Shown: positions 9,664-19,527 of the stretch, piece after piece
How the letters are laid out: each line of letters starts with the position of its first letter
Position numbering within the stretch: the first letter of the stretch is position 1
NCBI GenBank assembly: GCA_946402735.1
Contig: CAMIXH010000003.1
Coordinates: forward strand, 65,472-129,471
Direction of reading: 5' to 3'
Source: an uncultured Mycoplasmatota bacterium
GTDB lineage: Bacteria; Bacillota_I; Bacilli_A; RF39; UBA660
DNA length: 64,000 bases
Notes under the pieces: model-generated
Told to the model about the DNA's origin: nothing
Databases searched by the model: none
Seen by the model: the letters and a program-made list of their open reading frames with translations, nothing else
Made by a program: the position numbers and the translations under genes

Positions 9664-10155
9664 TTATAATCTACCTTTTCCTCTTCCAACTTTTAGAAGT
9701 AAGTATTCTTCCATTTCTTCATCACTTTTTAAAGTTACTTCTTCTGTCTTTGGCCATATTCCATTATATGAACTTGTCCTAAATGTTTTTCCATCTTTAA
9801 CTTCATATTCATCATATACTCTATATTCTTTATCATCACCAAATACTAGTTCAAATAATCTATATACATTAGAAGTAACAAAATACTTACCATCTCTTAT
9901 TTCAACAGTGCCATATACCATTTTATTCTCTTCACCATTACTAATAGCACCATCAAATCTAACAATACTTCCTTCATCATTTAGATGCATAAATACAATA
10001 TCAAACTCTTTAGGTGAAGAATCTCTATAAACATATTTACTATTTTTTAATTCTATTGAATTTAATAATAAATTTAAAAAGAAATTTCTACTTTTTTCAT
10101 CCATATTTAATGCTGGAAATAATTGTTCTACTAATATACTCTCTTCGTTTGTCAT
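9664..10155 (-). CDS. hypothetical cytoplasmic protein
   Basis: The ORF track starts at 10176. I prefer the ATG at 10155 (MTNEES...) because a GGGGGT RBS sits 7 nt upstream. No motif recognised. Confidence 0.5.
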   Translation of the reverse strand: MTNEESILVEQLFPALNMDEKSRNFFLNLLLNSIELKNSKYVYRDSSPKEFDIVFMHLNDEGSIVRFDGAISNGEENKMVYGTVEIRDGKYFVTSNVYRLFELVFGDDKEYRVYDEYEVKDGKTFRTSSYNGIWPKTEEVTLKSDEEMEEYLLLKVGRGKGRL

Positions 10156-10210
10156 TTTAATACCCCCCAATTGCATAATATATTATACATATAATAATTT
10201 TTAATGCAAG

Positions 10211-10232
10211 AAAAAAGGAACAATTTGTTCCT
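10211..10232 (-). terminator. terminator after rpsP-KH operon
   Basis: Arms aggaaca (10216-10222) and tgttcct (10226-10232). The A-run at 10211-10215 gives a U-tract on the minus strand. Confidence 0.55.
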
Positions 10233-10473
10233 AAAATGAATCTATATTTACTTTAACTCTATTATTTCCTTCATTATAAGCTTTTGCTTGTATTAAAGTT
10301 TTAATACTGTTTGCTATTTTTCCTTTTTTACCTATTACACGACCCATATCTTCTTCGCTAACAGCAATTTCAATAACAGTTTCTTCACCATCTTCAAATT
10401 GTTGTACTTTAACTAGATCTGGTTCTTTAACAAGTTTTTTTACAATTAATTCAGAAAAGTCAACTAAATTCAT
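10231..10473 (-). CDS. KH-domain RNA-binding protein (YlqC family)
   Basis: 80 aa. GRVIGKKGKIANSIKTL is the KH GxxG loop. It sits in the conserved position directly after rpsP. Confidence 0.8.
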   Translation of the reverse strand: MNLVDFSELIVKKLVKEPDLVKVQQFEDGEETVIEIAVSEEDMGRVIGKKGKIANSIKTLIQAKAYNEGNNRVKVNIDSF

Positions 10474-10742
10474 TATTTATTCTTTTTAGAATTATGGAAT
10501 TCTTCCATAACACCTACTTCACTTAGAATGTTCTTAGCTGTATCTGTAGGTTGAGCTCCTTCCTTAAGCCATCTTAATGCAGATTCTTTATTAACATTAT
10601 ATTTTTCTGCTTCTAAAGGCATATAAGTTCCAATAGATTCAATTACATTTCCATCTCTTTTAGCTCTAGAATCAGCTACTACTAAACGATAGTATGGTCT
10701 TTTCTTAGCGCCCATTCTTTTTAATCTAATTTTAACTGCCAT
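10473..10742 (-). CDS. rpsP: 30S ribosomal protein S16
   Basis: [31 protein letters not shown] is the canonical S16 N-terminus. Confidence 0.95.
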   Translation of the reverse strand: MAVKIRLKRMGAKKRPYYRLVVADSRAKRDGNVIESIGTYMPLEAEKYNVNKESALRWLKEGAQPTDTAKNILSEVGVMEEFHNSKKNK

Positions 10743-10770
10743 ATTATTATCTCCTTCCCTTGCTTTATAA

Positions 10771-10799
10771 ATAATACTATATTTTACTAACTATGTCAA
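10771..10799 (-). promoter_or_regulatory. sigma-A type promoter of rpsP
   Basis: On the minus strand: TTGACA (plus 10794-10799), a 17-nt spacer, then TATTAT (plus 10771-10776). Confidence 0.6.
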
Positions 10800-10843
10800 C
10801 TATTTTTGGTTAACACATATAAAAATAAGTTAAATTAATTAAC

Positions 10844-12136
10844 TTATTTCTTTTTTAACATTTTTTTAAGCTTTCTTTTTACTCTAAAGAAGAAACTTGG
10901 TGGTATTTGTTTTAACTCCTTAATCTTTTCATTTCTTTGTCTAATTATTTCATTCTTTTCTTTATCTTTATCATATGAAGTTAAATATTTCTTTTCTGCT
11001 TTTCTAACCTTAAATATTAAATCCTTATAATCTTCTTCTCTAGATACATTTATTTTTTCTAAATACTCAGTTACTTGTTTAAAATTGAAACTCTTTTCTT
11101 TAGATTTAGTTATGTTAGACACTACTTTATAAATATAATCATATAAAGACATTAAATATTTTTCATCTGCTTTATAATCTTTATCTTTTATTAATTCATC
11201 TAGTTTTGATTCAAGTAATTCTTTATTAACATCATCTAATTCTACTGCTCTATTAGGATATCCAATATTATCATAGAAGAATCTTAATTTATCATTCCAA
11301 ACAATATTTATTGATGGAATATCAAGTGCATAAGATACAATAGATGAATGCATTCTAATACAGAATGCAACATCAAATCGTGACATAACATTAACAAAGT
11401 CTTCAGTTGTATCTACTATACGAACTTTTTCATCTGGAATATTACATTCTTTCTTATATATTCCAAGTGTATGATTATCTAAGAAACTACCATTAGTATA
11501 AAAAACATAATCTAGTTTTTTACTATCTAATATTTCTTTAATAGTATTTAAATACTTAAATTGATCATCCATAGTCCATGTCTTATCATTAGCTTTGAAT
11601 AATCCACCTCTAACAACGTTTATACCAACACATTTTTTCTTGTTATCCTTTTTTAAATGATAAACATATTTAGTCCATACTCCTGGATCACATACTAAAT
11701 CAATATCCTTAATCTTTGATTTAGGAACATAATTTTTAAAGAAGTCTTTATTTTCTCTAACTGAAATATATTTGATATTCTTTCTTTGTAAAATTCTCTT
11801 CATAGTATCATAGTCAGTATCAGTATAAGACATATTATTTACTCCTACTGATGAGAATACTACTGGAATATTATTCTTTTCAGCAATACTAGTTATTTCT
11901 TCTAAATATTGTGTGAAATCTAAATAACTAATTCCAAATAATCCTCCGCCTGGGAACATTATTATATCTGCGGAAGATACTTTTTCTTTGTTAATTTCTT
12001 TTAATGGCATTTCATCAATAACATAATCTGTTATTTTCAAATTATGAAGTGCTGTTTTCAATAATTGTTCAAAACATATTCTAATTAGCATGTCTCCATA
12101 GTTATCATCAAAGAAACCAACTACTAATATTTTCAT
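10844..12136 (-). CDS. polysaccharide pyruvyl transferase family protein with C-terminal coiled-coil/basic tail
   Basis: MKILVVGFFDDNYGDMLI and FPGGGLFG resemble the pyruvyl transferase (CsaB/WcaK-like) fold. Located inside the glycopolymer cluster. Confidence 0.55.
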   Translation of the reverse strand: MKILVVGFFDDNYGDMLIRICFEQLLKTALHNLKITDYVIDEMPLKEINKEKVSSADIIMFPGGGLFGISYLDFTQYLEEITSIAEKNNIPVVFSSVGVNNMSYTDTDYDTMKRILQRKNIKYISVRENKDFFKNYVPKSKIKDIDLVCDPGVWTKYVYHLKKDNKKKCVGINVVRGGLFKANDKTWTMDDQFKYLNTIKEILDSKKLDYVFYTNGSFLDNHTLGIYKKECNIPDEKVRIVDTTEDFVNVMSRFDVAFCIRMHSSIVSYALDIPSINIVWNDKLRFFYDNIGYPNRAVELDDVNKELLESKLDELIKDKDYKADEKYLMSLYDYIYKVVSNITKSKEKSFNFKQVTEYLEKINVSREEDYKDLIFKVRKAEKKYLTSYDKDKEKNEIIRQRNEKIKELKQIPPSFFFRVKRKLKKMLKKK

Positions 12137-12197
12137 AAAACCTCCAAATAAATGAATAATTACAACATTATTATAACTTAAAATTTGGCTTTTTCAA

Positions 12198-12809
12198 CTA
12201 TTTATTATTCTTAAATTGATATCCCCTTTTATATGTAATAAGTTTATTGCCTTCAACTACATATGCTACATTTGCCATTTCTAAAATAGGAATATCTACA
12301 CTAGAATCACTATATGAACAAGCAATAGTTGCTTTGGGGAATAATTGTTGTATCTTTCTTACCTTTTCTGCACCCTTACAATTACGATCTAATATATGTC
12401 CATCTGAATCAGTTCTTGTTGCGATTACATGTTTAACACCTAAGTTTCTAGCAAATAAACTAATCCATAATTCATAAGATGCACTTGCGATTAAATCATT
12501 TTGAGTTTTTCTAGCGTTATAAAAAGGTTTAATCTTCTTCATATGTGAAGAAACAAATTTATTAATAAATTTTGGATAATTTCTTATTTCAAATATGAAT
12601 GATAACAAAGCTTCTTTAACCTTTTCAAAAGGAACTAAACCAGCTTCATATTCTTTATTAAGTTTTTTAGCTTTTTTTAATGCTTTTAAAGTTAAAAAAG
12701 GATGCTTTTTAAGTCCATATTTAACTATGTCCTTACATGAATCTCCATCATATATGGTACCATCAAAATCATACACACAAATATTACCTTCATAATTAGA
12801 AGTATTCAT
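12198..12809 (-). CDS. HAD-IB family hydrolase
   Basis: VYDFDGTIYDGDS (motif I) and YSDSSVDIPIL (motif IV-like). Confidence 0.6.
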   Translation of the reverse strand: MNTSNYEGNICVYDFDGTIYDGDSCKDIVKYGLKKHPFLTLKALKKAKKLNKEYEAGLVPFEKVKEALLSFIFEIRNYPKFINKFVSSHMKKIKPFYNARKTQNDLIASASYELWISLFARNLGVKHVIATRTDSDGHILDRNCKGAEKVRKIQQLFPKATIACSYSDSSVDIPILEMANVAYVVEGNKLITYKRGYQFKNNK

Positions 12810-12821
12810 ATAATCACCCTT

Positions 12822-13559
12822 TTAATCTAATTTCATAAAATCTTCATATTTTGTCATTATAGTTTGAGGATCTCCCTCTTCCTTAATAACACCATTATGT
12901 AACCAAATAACTTTATCACATAATTCTACTAATGTTTTAGTACTATGAGATACTATAACAACAGTTCTATCATCATTACTAATTAATTCTTTCATTTTGT
13001 TATAACTTTTTTGTTTAAAATGTACATCTCCTACACTTAAAACTTCATCTATAAGCATAATGTCTGTTTCTAAAATAGCTGTAATTGAAAATGCCAATTT
13101 AGAATACATTCCTGAACTATAACTACTTACTGGTTTATAAATAAAATCTCCAAGTTCAGAGAACTCTATAATTTCATCTAATTTTTCTTCTATTTGTTCT
13201 TTAGTAAATCCAAGTAATAATCCAGATAGGAATATATTTTCATATCCAGTTAATCTCTTTTGAAATCCTACTCCAATTGATAAAAGTGAAATAGAATTTC
13301 CATGTAGATTAATACTTCCTTTATCTGGAGAGAATATACCAGATATTGCTCTTAATAAAGTAGATTTACCACTACCATTTTTACCTGTTATTCCAAGTAT
13401 TTGTCCTTTTGGTACTTCAAAAGATACACCTTTAACAGCTTTGAATAATTTTCCACTACCTTTACCTTTCAAACCGGCTTTCTTTAGTGAAAATCTATTC
13501 ATATCTCTATAATACACATGTAAATCTTTAACACTAATTGCTATTTCATTCTTTTCCAT
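12822..13559 (-). CDS. tagH: teichoic acid/polysaccharide export ABC transporter ATP-binding protein
   Basis: Walker A GKNGSGKST, signature SSYSSGM, Walker B MLIDEVLSVGD. Start/stop overlap with the ABC-2 permease. Confidence 0.85.
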   Translation of the reverse strand: MEKNEIAISVKDLHVYYRDMNRFSLKKAGLKGKGSGKLFKAVKGVSFEVPKGQILGITGKNGSGKSTLLRAISGIFSPDKGSINLHGNSISLLSIGVGFQKRLTGYENIFLSGLLLGFTKEQIEEKLDEIIEFSELGDFIYKPVSSYSSGMYSKLAFSITAILETDIMLIDEVLSVGDVHFKQKSYNKMKELISNDDRTVVIVSHSTKTLVELCDKVIWLHNGVIKEEGDPQTIMTKYEDFMKLD

Positions 13560-14347
13560 TATTTCATCACCTTCACATATGTATTTTCATATTTATAAAT
13601 AACATTGATTCCAAGAATACATAATAGTAATCCTACTACAAACCAAATAAATGTCCACATACCTACAGGTGAACTACTATATATCAATACATTTCTCATA
13701 TTATATATAAAATTAGCAAGTGGATTTAAATCAAGTAAAATAGTTCTATATACTACATTAGTAACTCTAGTACTTAAATCATAAAATACACCAGTTAAAT
13801 AGAATACTAATCTAAGAACAATAGTGACAACATTGGACATATCTTCAATAAATACACCAACATGCATCATTATTGTACATACTCCGAAAGTAAATACAAT
13901 TACTGTAATTAATATTGGTAAAAACCATAATATATTCCATGTAATAGGTACTTTATATATAACCATGAAAATAGCTACTAGTACAAATGATACTAGCATT
14001 TTAAATCCATTAACACCAATTTTTTCAATTAGCAAAACAAACTTTGGTAAATATACTTTAGTAACTGTATCTTTATTACTAGATACTAATTTAACACTAA
14101 CATTTACCATTTTATTAAAGAAATTCCAAATACTTAAACCAATAAATACAAATACTGGGAAGTAATCTACTTTTGTTTTAAAAATTACTCCTGCTAAAAA
14201 TGTATATATCAACATAAAACATAATGGTTCAAGTACTAACCATAGCCAACCTAAATAAGAATTAATAATCTCTGATTTTAACTCTGCCCAAGTAGAATAT
14301 AAAATATAATTCTTATATTTTTTTAAATCCCTTATAAATCTTTTCAT
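13559..14347 (-). CDS. tagG: ABC-2 type polysaccharide/teichoic acid export permease
   Basis: 262-aa polytopic protein directly upstream of and coupled to tagH. Confidence 0.8.
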   Translation of the reverse strand: MKRFIRDLKKYKNYILYSTWAELKSEIINSYLGWLWLVLEPLCFMLIYTFLAGVIFKTKVDYFPVFVFIGLSIWNFFNKMVNVSVKLVSSNKDTVTKVYLPKFVLLIEKIGVNGFKMLVSFVLVAIFMVIYKVPITWNILWFLPILITVIVFTFGVCTIMMHVGVFIEDMSNVVTIVLRLVFYLTGVFYDLSTRVTNVVYRTILLDLNPLANFIYNMRNVLIYSSSPVGMWTFIWFVVGLLLCILGINVIYKYENTYVKVMK

Positions 14348-14395
14348 ACTTTCTCCTTCAAGTCATAATAATTTTAGCATAAAAATCTAATCTTA

Positions 14396-15418
14396 TCAAT
14401 TTAATGCTTTGATATTAATCTTTCCTATTAGTATTGGACAATACTTTTTAACAAGTATTGAAAGTGGATATAATACAACTGTTATTCCTATAGATACTAA
14501 TAACGTATAAAGATTAGAATTAAATAATTTTGGATAAAATTTCATTAATACTAAAGCTAACATATAATGATATCCTAGATAAAATATAGTATTTTGCCCT
14601 ATTATTTTAATAAAATGAGATTTTTTCATAAACATATTAACAAATAATATTAAACCAAATATTGTACAAATGCTACTAGTAAAAAATAATGTTATTGATC
14701 CATATAAATTACCATCCATACTTACCCTTCTATTAACATATGCAGTAATAAAGCCAATACTTCCAATGGTTAATCCATATGATAACATTCTGAATTTATC
14801 TTTTAATATAAATTCAAATTTCTTAATATTCTTTATAAATAAATATCCTAAGAAATAAAACATAGTTCCCATTAAAACTGCTTCTATATGGAATGGAGTT
14901 TTAATTTGAAACTTACTTAAACTATTAACATAGCTAATTAATGCACATATAGTACATGATAGTCCCAATTGAAAATCATTTTTAGTATATTTTTTTAATA
15001 AATAGAATAATATATCAACTATAAATATTGACACTAAGAACCATGATGGATTACATGGAGTTGGTAATATTTTATTACTTGAATAGAATATACCAAAGAA
15101 TGCTCTAATATAATCAAATTCATCAATAATACCAGTATTAAAATAAATAACTTTAATAATGTAACAAATTATATTTAAAAACAAATATGGTATTATTAAA
15201 CCTTTAACTCTTTTCTTTACATAATCTTTAAATGGGAGTTTATCATTTTCACCAAATGTAAGTCCACTTATAAAGAAAAAAATAGGCATATGAAAAGAAT
15301 AGATATATTTTCTAATCAAAGTACCATTTTTTTGATTATGACCCCATACAACAAGGAACATAGCTAGTCCTCTTAATGTATCTATCCAATCAATTCTCTT
15401 TTTTTCTATTTTTTCCAT
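14396..15418 (-). CDS. acyltransferase family 3 (O-acyltransferase), paralog A
   Basis: RIDWIDTLRGLAMFLVVWGHN is the acyltransferase-3 signature. I prefer the ATG at 15418 (MEKIEKK) because GGAGG sits 7 nt upstream and it matches the paralog N-terminus. The ORF track starts at 15433. Confidence 0.8.
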   Translation of the reverse strand: MEKIEKKRIDWIDTLRGLAMFLVVWGHNQKNGTLIRKYIYSFHMPIFFFISGLTFGENDKLPFKDYVKKRVKGLIIPYLFLNIICYIIKVIYFNTGIIDEFDYIRAFFGIFYSSNKILPTPCNPSWFLVSIFIVDILFYLLKKYTKNDFQLGLSCTICALISYVNSLSKFQIKTPFHIEAVLMGTMFYFLGYLFIKNIKKFEFILKDKFRMLSYGLTIGSIGFITAYVNRRVSMDGNLYGSITLFFTSSICTIFGLILFVNMFMKKSHFIKIIGQNTIFYLGYHYMLALVLMKFYPKLFNSNLYTLLVSIGITVVLYPLSILVKKYCPILIGKINIKALN

Positions 15419-15436
15419 TATTTCCTCCATCAAGTA

Positions 15437-16459
15437 TTAATTTAATGCTTTTATATTTATCTTACCTATTAGTATTGGACAATACTTTTTAACAAGTATT
15501 GAAAGTGGATAAAGCACAATTGTCATACCAATAGCAATTAATAAAACGTATAAATTAGAATTAAATAACTTTATATAAAAATGTTTCATAACTAATATAA
15601 GCATAGAATGATATCCTAAATAAAATACTGTATTTTGACCTATTGTTTTTAAGAAATGAGATTTCTTCAAAAATAAATTAACAAATAATACAAGACCAAG
15701 TATTGTACAAATACTACTTATAAAGAATAAAGTAATTGATCCATATAAATTAGCATCCATACTTACTCTTCTATTAACATATGCTGTAATAAATCCTATA
15801 CTTCCAAGAGCTAATCCATAAAATAACATTCTTGTATTGTCTTTTAATAAAAAATCAAATTTCTTTATATTCTTTATAAATAAATAACCTAAATAATAGA
15901 ACATAACACCCATTAAGACTGCTTCAAAATGGAAAGGTCCCCTAATTTGAAATTTACTTAAACTATTAACATAACTAATTAAGGCACATATAAAACATGA
16001 AACCCCTAGTTCAAAATCACTATTAGTATTTCTCTTTAGAAAATAGAATATAATATCTACTAATAATAATGATATTAAGAACCATGATGGACCAGCTGGA
16101 ATTGGTAATATTTTATTATTAGCATAAAATACTCCTCCAATATATCCAATATAATCAAAACTAGCAATAATACCTGTCTTATAGAAAATTAATCTAATTA
16201 TATAACATACAATGTTTAAAACTATGTATGGTATTATTAGTCCTTTTACTTTCTTCTTAAGGAAATCTTTAAATGGTAATTTATCTGCTTCACCAAATGT
16301 TAATCCACTTATAAAGAAAAACATGGGCATATGAAATGAATAAATATATTTTCTTATTAATGTACCATTTTTTTGATTGTGTCCCCATACTACAAAGAAC
16401 ATGGCTAGTCCTCTTAATGTATCTATCCAATCAATTCTCTTCTTCTCTACCTTTTCCAT
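15437..16459 (-). CDS. acyltransferase family 3 (O-acyltransferase), paralog B
   Basis: MEKVEKKRIDWIDTLRGLAMFFVVWGHN. Collinear with paralog A along its full length. Confidence 0.8.
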   Translation of the reverse strand: MEKVEKKRIDWIDTLRGLAMFFVVWGHNQKNGTLIRKYIYSFHMPMFFFISGLTFGEADKLPFKDFLKKKVKGLIIPYIVLNIVCYIIRLIFYKTGIIASFDYIGYIGGVFYANNKILPIPAGPSWFLISLLLVDIIFYFLKRNTNSDFELGVSCFICALISYVNSLSKFQIRGPFHFEAVLMGVMFYYLGYLFIKNIKKFDFLLKDNTRMLFYGLALGSIGFITAYVNRRVSMDANLYGSITLFFISSICTILGLVLFVNLFLKKSHFLKTIGQNTVFYLGYHSMLILVMKHFYIKLFNSNLYVLLIAIGMTIVLYPLSILVKKYCPILIGKINIKALN

Positions 16460-16462
16460 CTA

Positions 16463-17584
16463 TTATTCCTCCAGTAAATCATATATTTTCTTAGCACTAT
16501 TTCCATCATAATTAATATATTTATTTATAAATTTGTTTAGTTTTTTGAAATCATATTTATCATGTTCAATAGAACTAATTATTTCTTCAACATTTCTAGT
16601 AACTACACCAGGTAAATCTTTAAAATAATCAATATTCAAACTTCTATTATTGTTATATGAATCATAATCAAAAGCATCAAAATATAATGGTTTATTAATA
16701 AATCCTGCCTCATATAATATACAAGAATAATCAGTAATAACATAATCTGATACTAATATCATTTCCATAGAATTAAAATCATCTGCTGTTATTACATTTT
16801 TATTATTTATTTTTACTTCACTTAATGGATGTAATTTAATAATTAAATTGTATTTTTTATAATCAATTAATTTTATTAATTTACTAACATGATTTTCAAA
16901 TTCAGTTTCATCTTTTCTAAATGTAGGAACATATATAATATTTTTCTTCTTTCTTAAAATAGGATATTTATTATATATCTTTTCTTTTGTTTCTTTTATA
17001 TATTCTTTATCAGCAAGTAAATCTAATCTAGGAAGAGGTATTATTCTAATAGATTTCTCATCACAATTAAATTGTCTAACTAAATCATCTTTATACCCTT
17101 CTCCAGCACATAAAACATAAGTATAGTTTTTATGCATATTTATGGTTTCTGCCATTTTTCTACTGTTACCTTCTTCTTGATCTAAAATATCATATCCAAA
17201 TTTCTTCATAGTACCAATAGAATGCCATATTTGTATTATTTTTAAATTCTTTTTATGTTTTAAAATGCTTATAACAATACAATATGTATCTAATATTACA
17301 GCTTTAGAAGTGGCTATATGATACATTTGTCTTAACATATGGAATCCATATTTAACTAAATCAAATAATGTAGCTTGTTCTTTTCCTTCTAGTTTTTTAC
17401 ACAATACAACTACTTTATATTTATTATGTTTTTCTATTTCTTCTTTTATTAATTTAAAATCTAAAACAATATCATTAGATTGTCTACTTATCATAGTTAT
17501 TTTATTCTTTGTAGGTAATAATTTCATAAAAAAATAAATTATACTTAAAAAGAAAATAACTATTTTGATTAATATGTATTTCAT
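16463..17584 (-). CDS. CDP-glycerol/CDP-ribitol poly(alditol phosphate) transferase (TagB/TagF family)
   Basis: IIYVPTFR, KLHP and SDYVITDYSCILYEAGF motifs of the TagF catalytic domain. The track start at 17596 is a GTG; the ATG at 17584 is equally plausible. Confidence 0.8.
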   Translation of the reverse strand: MKYILIKIVIFFLSIIYFFMKLLPTKNKITMISRQSNDIVLDFKLIKEEIEKHNKYKVVVLCKKLEGKEQATLFDLVKYGFHMLRQMYHIATSKAVILDTYCIVISILKHKKNLKIIQIWHSIGTMKKFGYDILDQEEGNSRKMAETINMHKNYTYVLCAGEGYKDDLVRQFNCDEKSIRIIPLPRLDLLADKEYIKETKEKIYNKYPILRKKKNIIYVPTFRKDETEFENHVSKLIKLIDYKKYNLIIKLHPLSEVKINNKNVITADDFNSMEMILVSDYVITDYSCILYEAGFINKPLYFDAFDYDSYNNNRSLNIDYFKDLPGVVTRNVEEIISSIEHDKYDFKKLNKFINKYINYDGNSAKKIYDLLEE

Positions 17585-17620
17585 AATACACCCCACGTAT
17601 TAATTTTACCATATTTCCAA

Positions 17621-17649
17621 AATAAAAAGTACATTATTGATGTACTTTT
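17621..17649 (-). terminator. hairpin overlapping stop of the SDR gene
   Basis: Arms aaaagtacat (17625-17634) and atgtactttt (17640-17649), loop tattg. Confidence 0.5.
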
Positions 17650-18722
17650 CTTTCTAACATAACTGGTTTTTCTTTCTTCATTTCACTTTCTAAATAATCA
17701 ATTGTTCTTTTAAATCCTTCAGATATTGAATATTTAGGTTTCCATTTTAGCTCTTTTCTAATTTTATCTGTAGCTAGAATACCTAAAGTGAAACTTGCAG
17801 TTCCTTGATTTTTAGTTTCTTTTGGAATATCAAATACTAATTTTAATCCTCTTTCAGGATATATTGATACCATAGTTTCAGCTAGTTCTCTAATTGATGT
17901 CTTACATGCTTCATCGGCAATGTTATAAACCATATCATCAGAATGTAATAATACTTTAAACATACCATTAACAGCATCTGCTATATATGTATATGTTCTT
18001 ACTGCTTCACCTTTACTCTTTAAAACTATATCTTCATTATTAACAACATTTTTTAAGAAGTCTGCTTGAACTCTACCATCATAAATAGACATACCTGGTC
18101 CATATGTATGAGCAAGTCTTACTACTTTAGTATTAAGTCCATACTCTTCTTTGAAACCAGCACACATATTTTCAGCAGCTTTCTTTCCTTCAGCATAACC
18201 ATTTCTTGGCACTAGATGATCTACTTGTCCTAGTTTTCCATCTTCATAGAAGAATTCTTGTCCTTCTTCTGGTTGTCCATATATTTCTCTTGATGATACA
18301 AATAAGAATCCTTTAGCTCCATGATTATTTGCATATGTTAATGCATTAGCTGTTCCAATTGTATTAGCAAAGTTTGTTTCAACTGGTTTTTCTTTCATAA
18401 TTAATGGGCTAGCTGGACTAGCTGCATGAATTACATAATCAACATCAACATCTGCTACTACTGGATTAACAATATCTTGTTCAATAATATGAACATTCTT
18501 ATTATCAAGTACATATTCTGGTAATTTTTTTGGATTTCTAACAACTAAATATAAATTAATATCATATCCATATAATTCATTTAATGTTAGTAATGTGTTA
18601 ACAAAATAAATACCAATCATTCCACTAGCACCAGTTATCATAAAATTAGTGCCTTTTAATTCTTTTAATTTATCATTATCTTCAATTATTTGAATAGCGT
18701 CGTCTCTTAAAATATCATTCAT
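17634..18722 (-). CDS. NAD-dependent epimerase/dehydratase-family SDR
   Basis: ITGASGMIG Rossmann motif and YAEGKKAAE (YxxxK). Immediately downstream of the cytidylyltransferase. Confidence 0.8.
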   Translation of the reverse strand: MNDILRDDAIQIIEDNDKLKELKGTNFMITGASGMIGIYFVNTLLTLNELYGYDINLYLVVRNPKKLPEYVLDNKNVHIIEQDIVNPVVADVDVDYVIHAASPASPLIMKEKPVETNFANTIGTANALTYANNHGAKGFLFVSSREIYGQPEEGQEFFYEDGKLGQVDHLVPRNGYAEGKKAAENMCAGFKEEYGLNTKVVRLAHTYGPGMSIYDGRVQADFLKNVVNNEDIVLKSKGEAVRTYTYIADAVNGMFKVLLHSDDMVYNIADEACKTSIRELAETMVSIYPERGLKLVFDIPKETKNQGTASFTLGILATDKIRKELKWKPKYSISEGFKRTIDYLESEMKKEKPVMLERKVHQ

Positions 18723-18725
18723 AGA

Positions 18726-19511
18726 TTATTCACTTCTTCCTTTATAAGTTCTAGTTAACTCACGAGCTTTTTCTTTATTAGTATATAATTCAAATATTTG
18801 TTTTTGGTCTTCTGCTGATAATTTAGCAAGTAAATCAAGATAATCTTCTGGAGTAGTAACTTTAATATTACCTCTAATTCCTTCAATTAAATGAGTTTGG
18901 AATCCATTTCTTTCCATTAAAGTACAACTATCAATAATATCAGTATACTCTGGATTTTCTTGTCTTACTTTTAGATGCATATTATATATATCTCCAAGTC
19001 TGAAACTTTGTGGTGCTTGTGCTGTATACACAAATTTTCTCTTTGGTAATTCATCTACATTAGTTCCATCATAACTTATAACTGGTGTTTCAAATGCTGG
19101 AGTACAAGTAATAGCTGATCCCCATTGTTTAACATTCTCAATATTTCTACTAATTAAACTTTCATCTATTAATGGTCTAACACCATCATGGATTAATACT
19201 ATTGAGTCCTCATCATTTTCTCTGTGTGCAGCATCTAATGCATTAAATATTGAGTCTTGTCCAGTTGCACCACCAGGTACAATTCCAGTAGCTGGAATCT
19301 TAGTTATATTATACTTTTGAACTAATTCCTTAAAATATGGAATTAAATCCTCCTTACATGCTACATATATTTTGTCAATATCTGGATGATATTGAAATTT
19401 CTCTAATGTATGGATTAAAATTGGTTTTCCATATACATTAAGAAATTGTTTAGGGATATTGCTTCCCATTCTTTGGCCTACGCCACCTGCAAAAATAATA
19501 GCTATATTCAT
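18726..19511 (-). CDS. IspD/TarI-family sugar-alcohol-phosphate cytidylyltransferase
   Basis: AIIFAGGVGQRMGSNIPKQFL is the N-terminal IspD/TarI signature. Confidence 0.8.
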   Translation of the reverse strand: MNIAIIFAGGVGQRMGSNIPKQFLNVYGKPILIHTLEKFQYHPDIDKIYVACKEDLIPYFKELVQKYNITKIPATGIVPGGATGQDSIFNALDAAHRENDEDSIVLIHDGVRPLIDESLISRNIENVKQWGSAITCTPAFETPVISYDGTNVDELPKRKFVYTAQAPQSFRLGDIYNMHLKVRQENPEYTDIIDSCTLMERNGFQTHLIEGIRGNIKVTTPEDYLDLLAKLSAEDQKQIFELYTNKEKARELTRTYKGRSE

Positions 19512-19527
19512 AAAAACCTCCTTATAA

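Larger units (their letters stand above)
14396..16459 (-). repeat. tandem gene duplication (two ~1 kb units)
   Basis: The proteins are collinear and share the identical C-terminus LSILVKKYCPILIGKINIKALN. A 47-nt stretch identical by eye occurs at 14424-14470 and 15465-15511. Confidence 0.85.

Noticed and set aside
9617-10030. 137-aa plus-strand ORF overlapping 9664..10176.
   Set aside because: Its composition is Ser/Leu/Thr/Pro-rich and repetitive. The minus-strand frame has normal globular composition, an RBS and a terminator, so I chose the minus frame.
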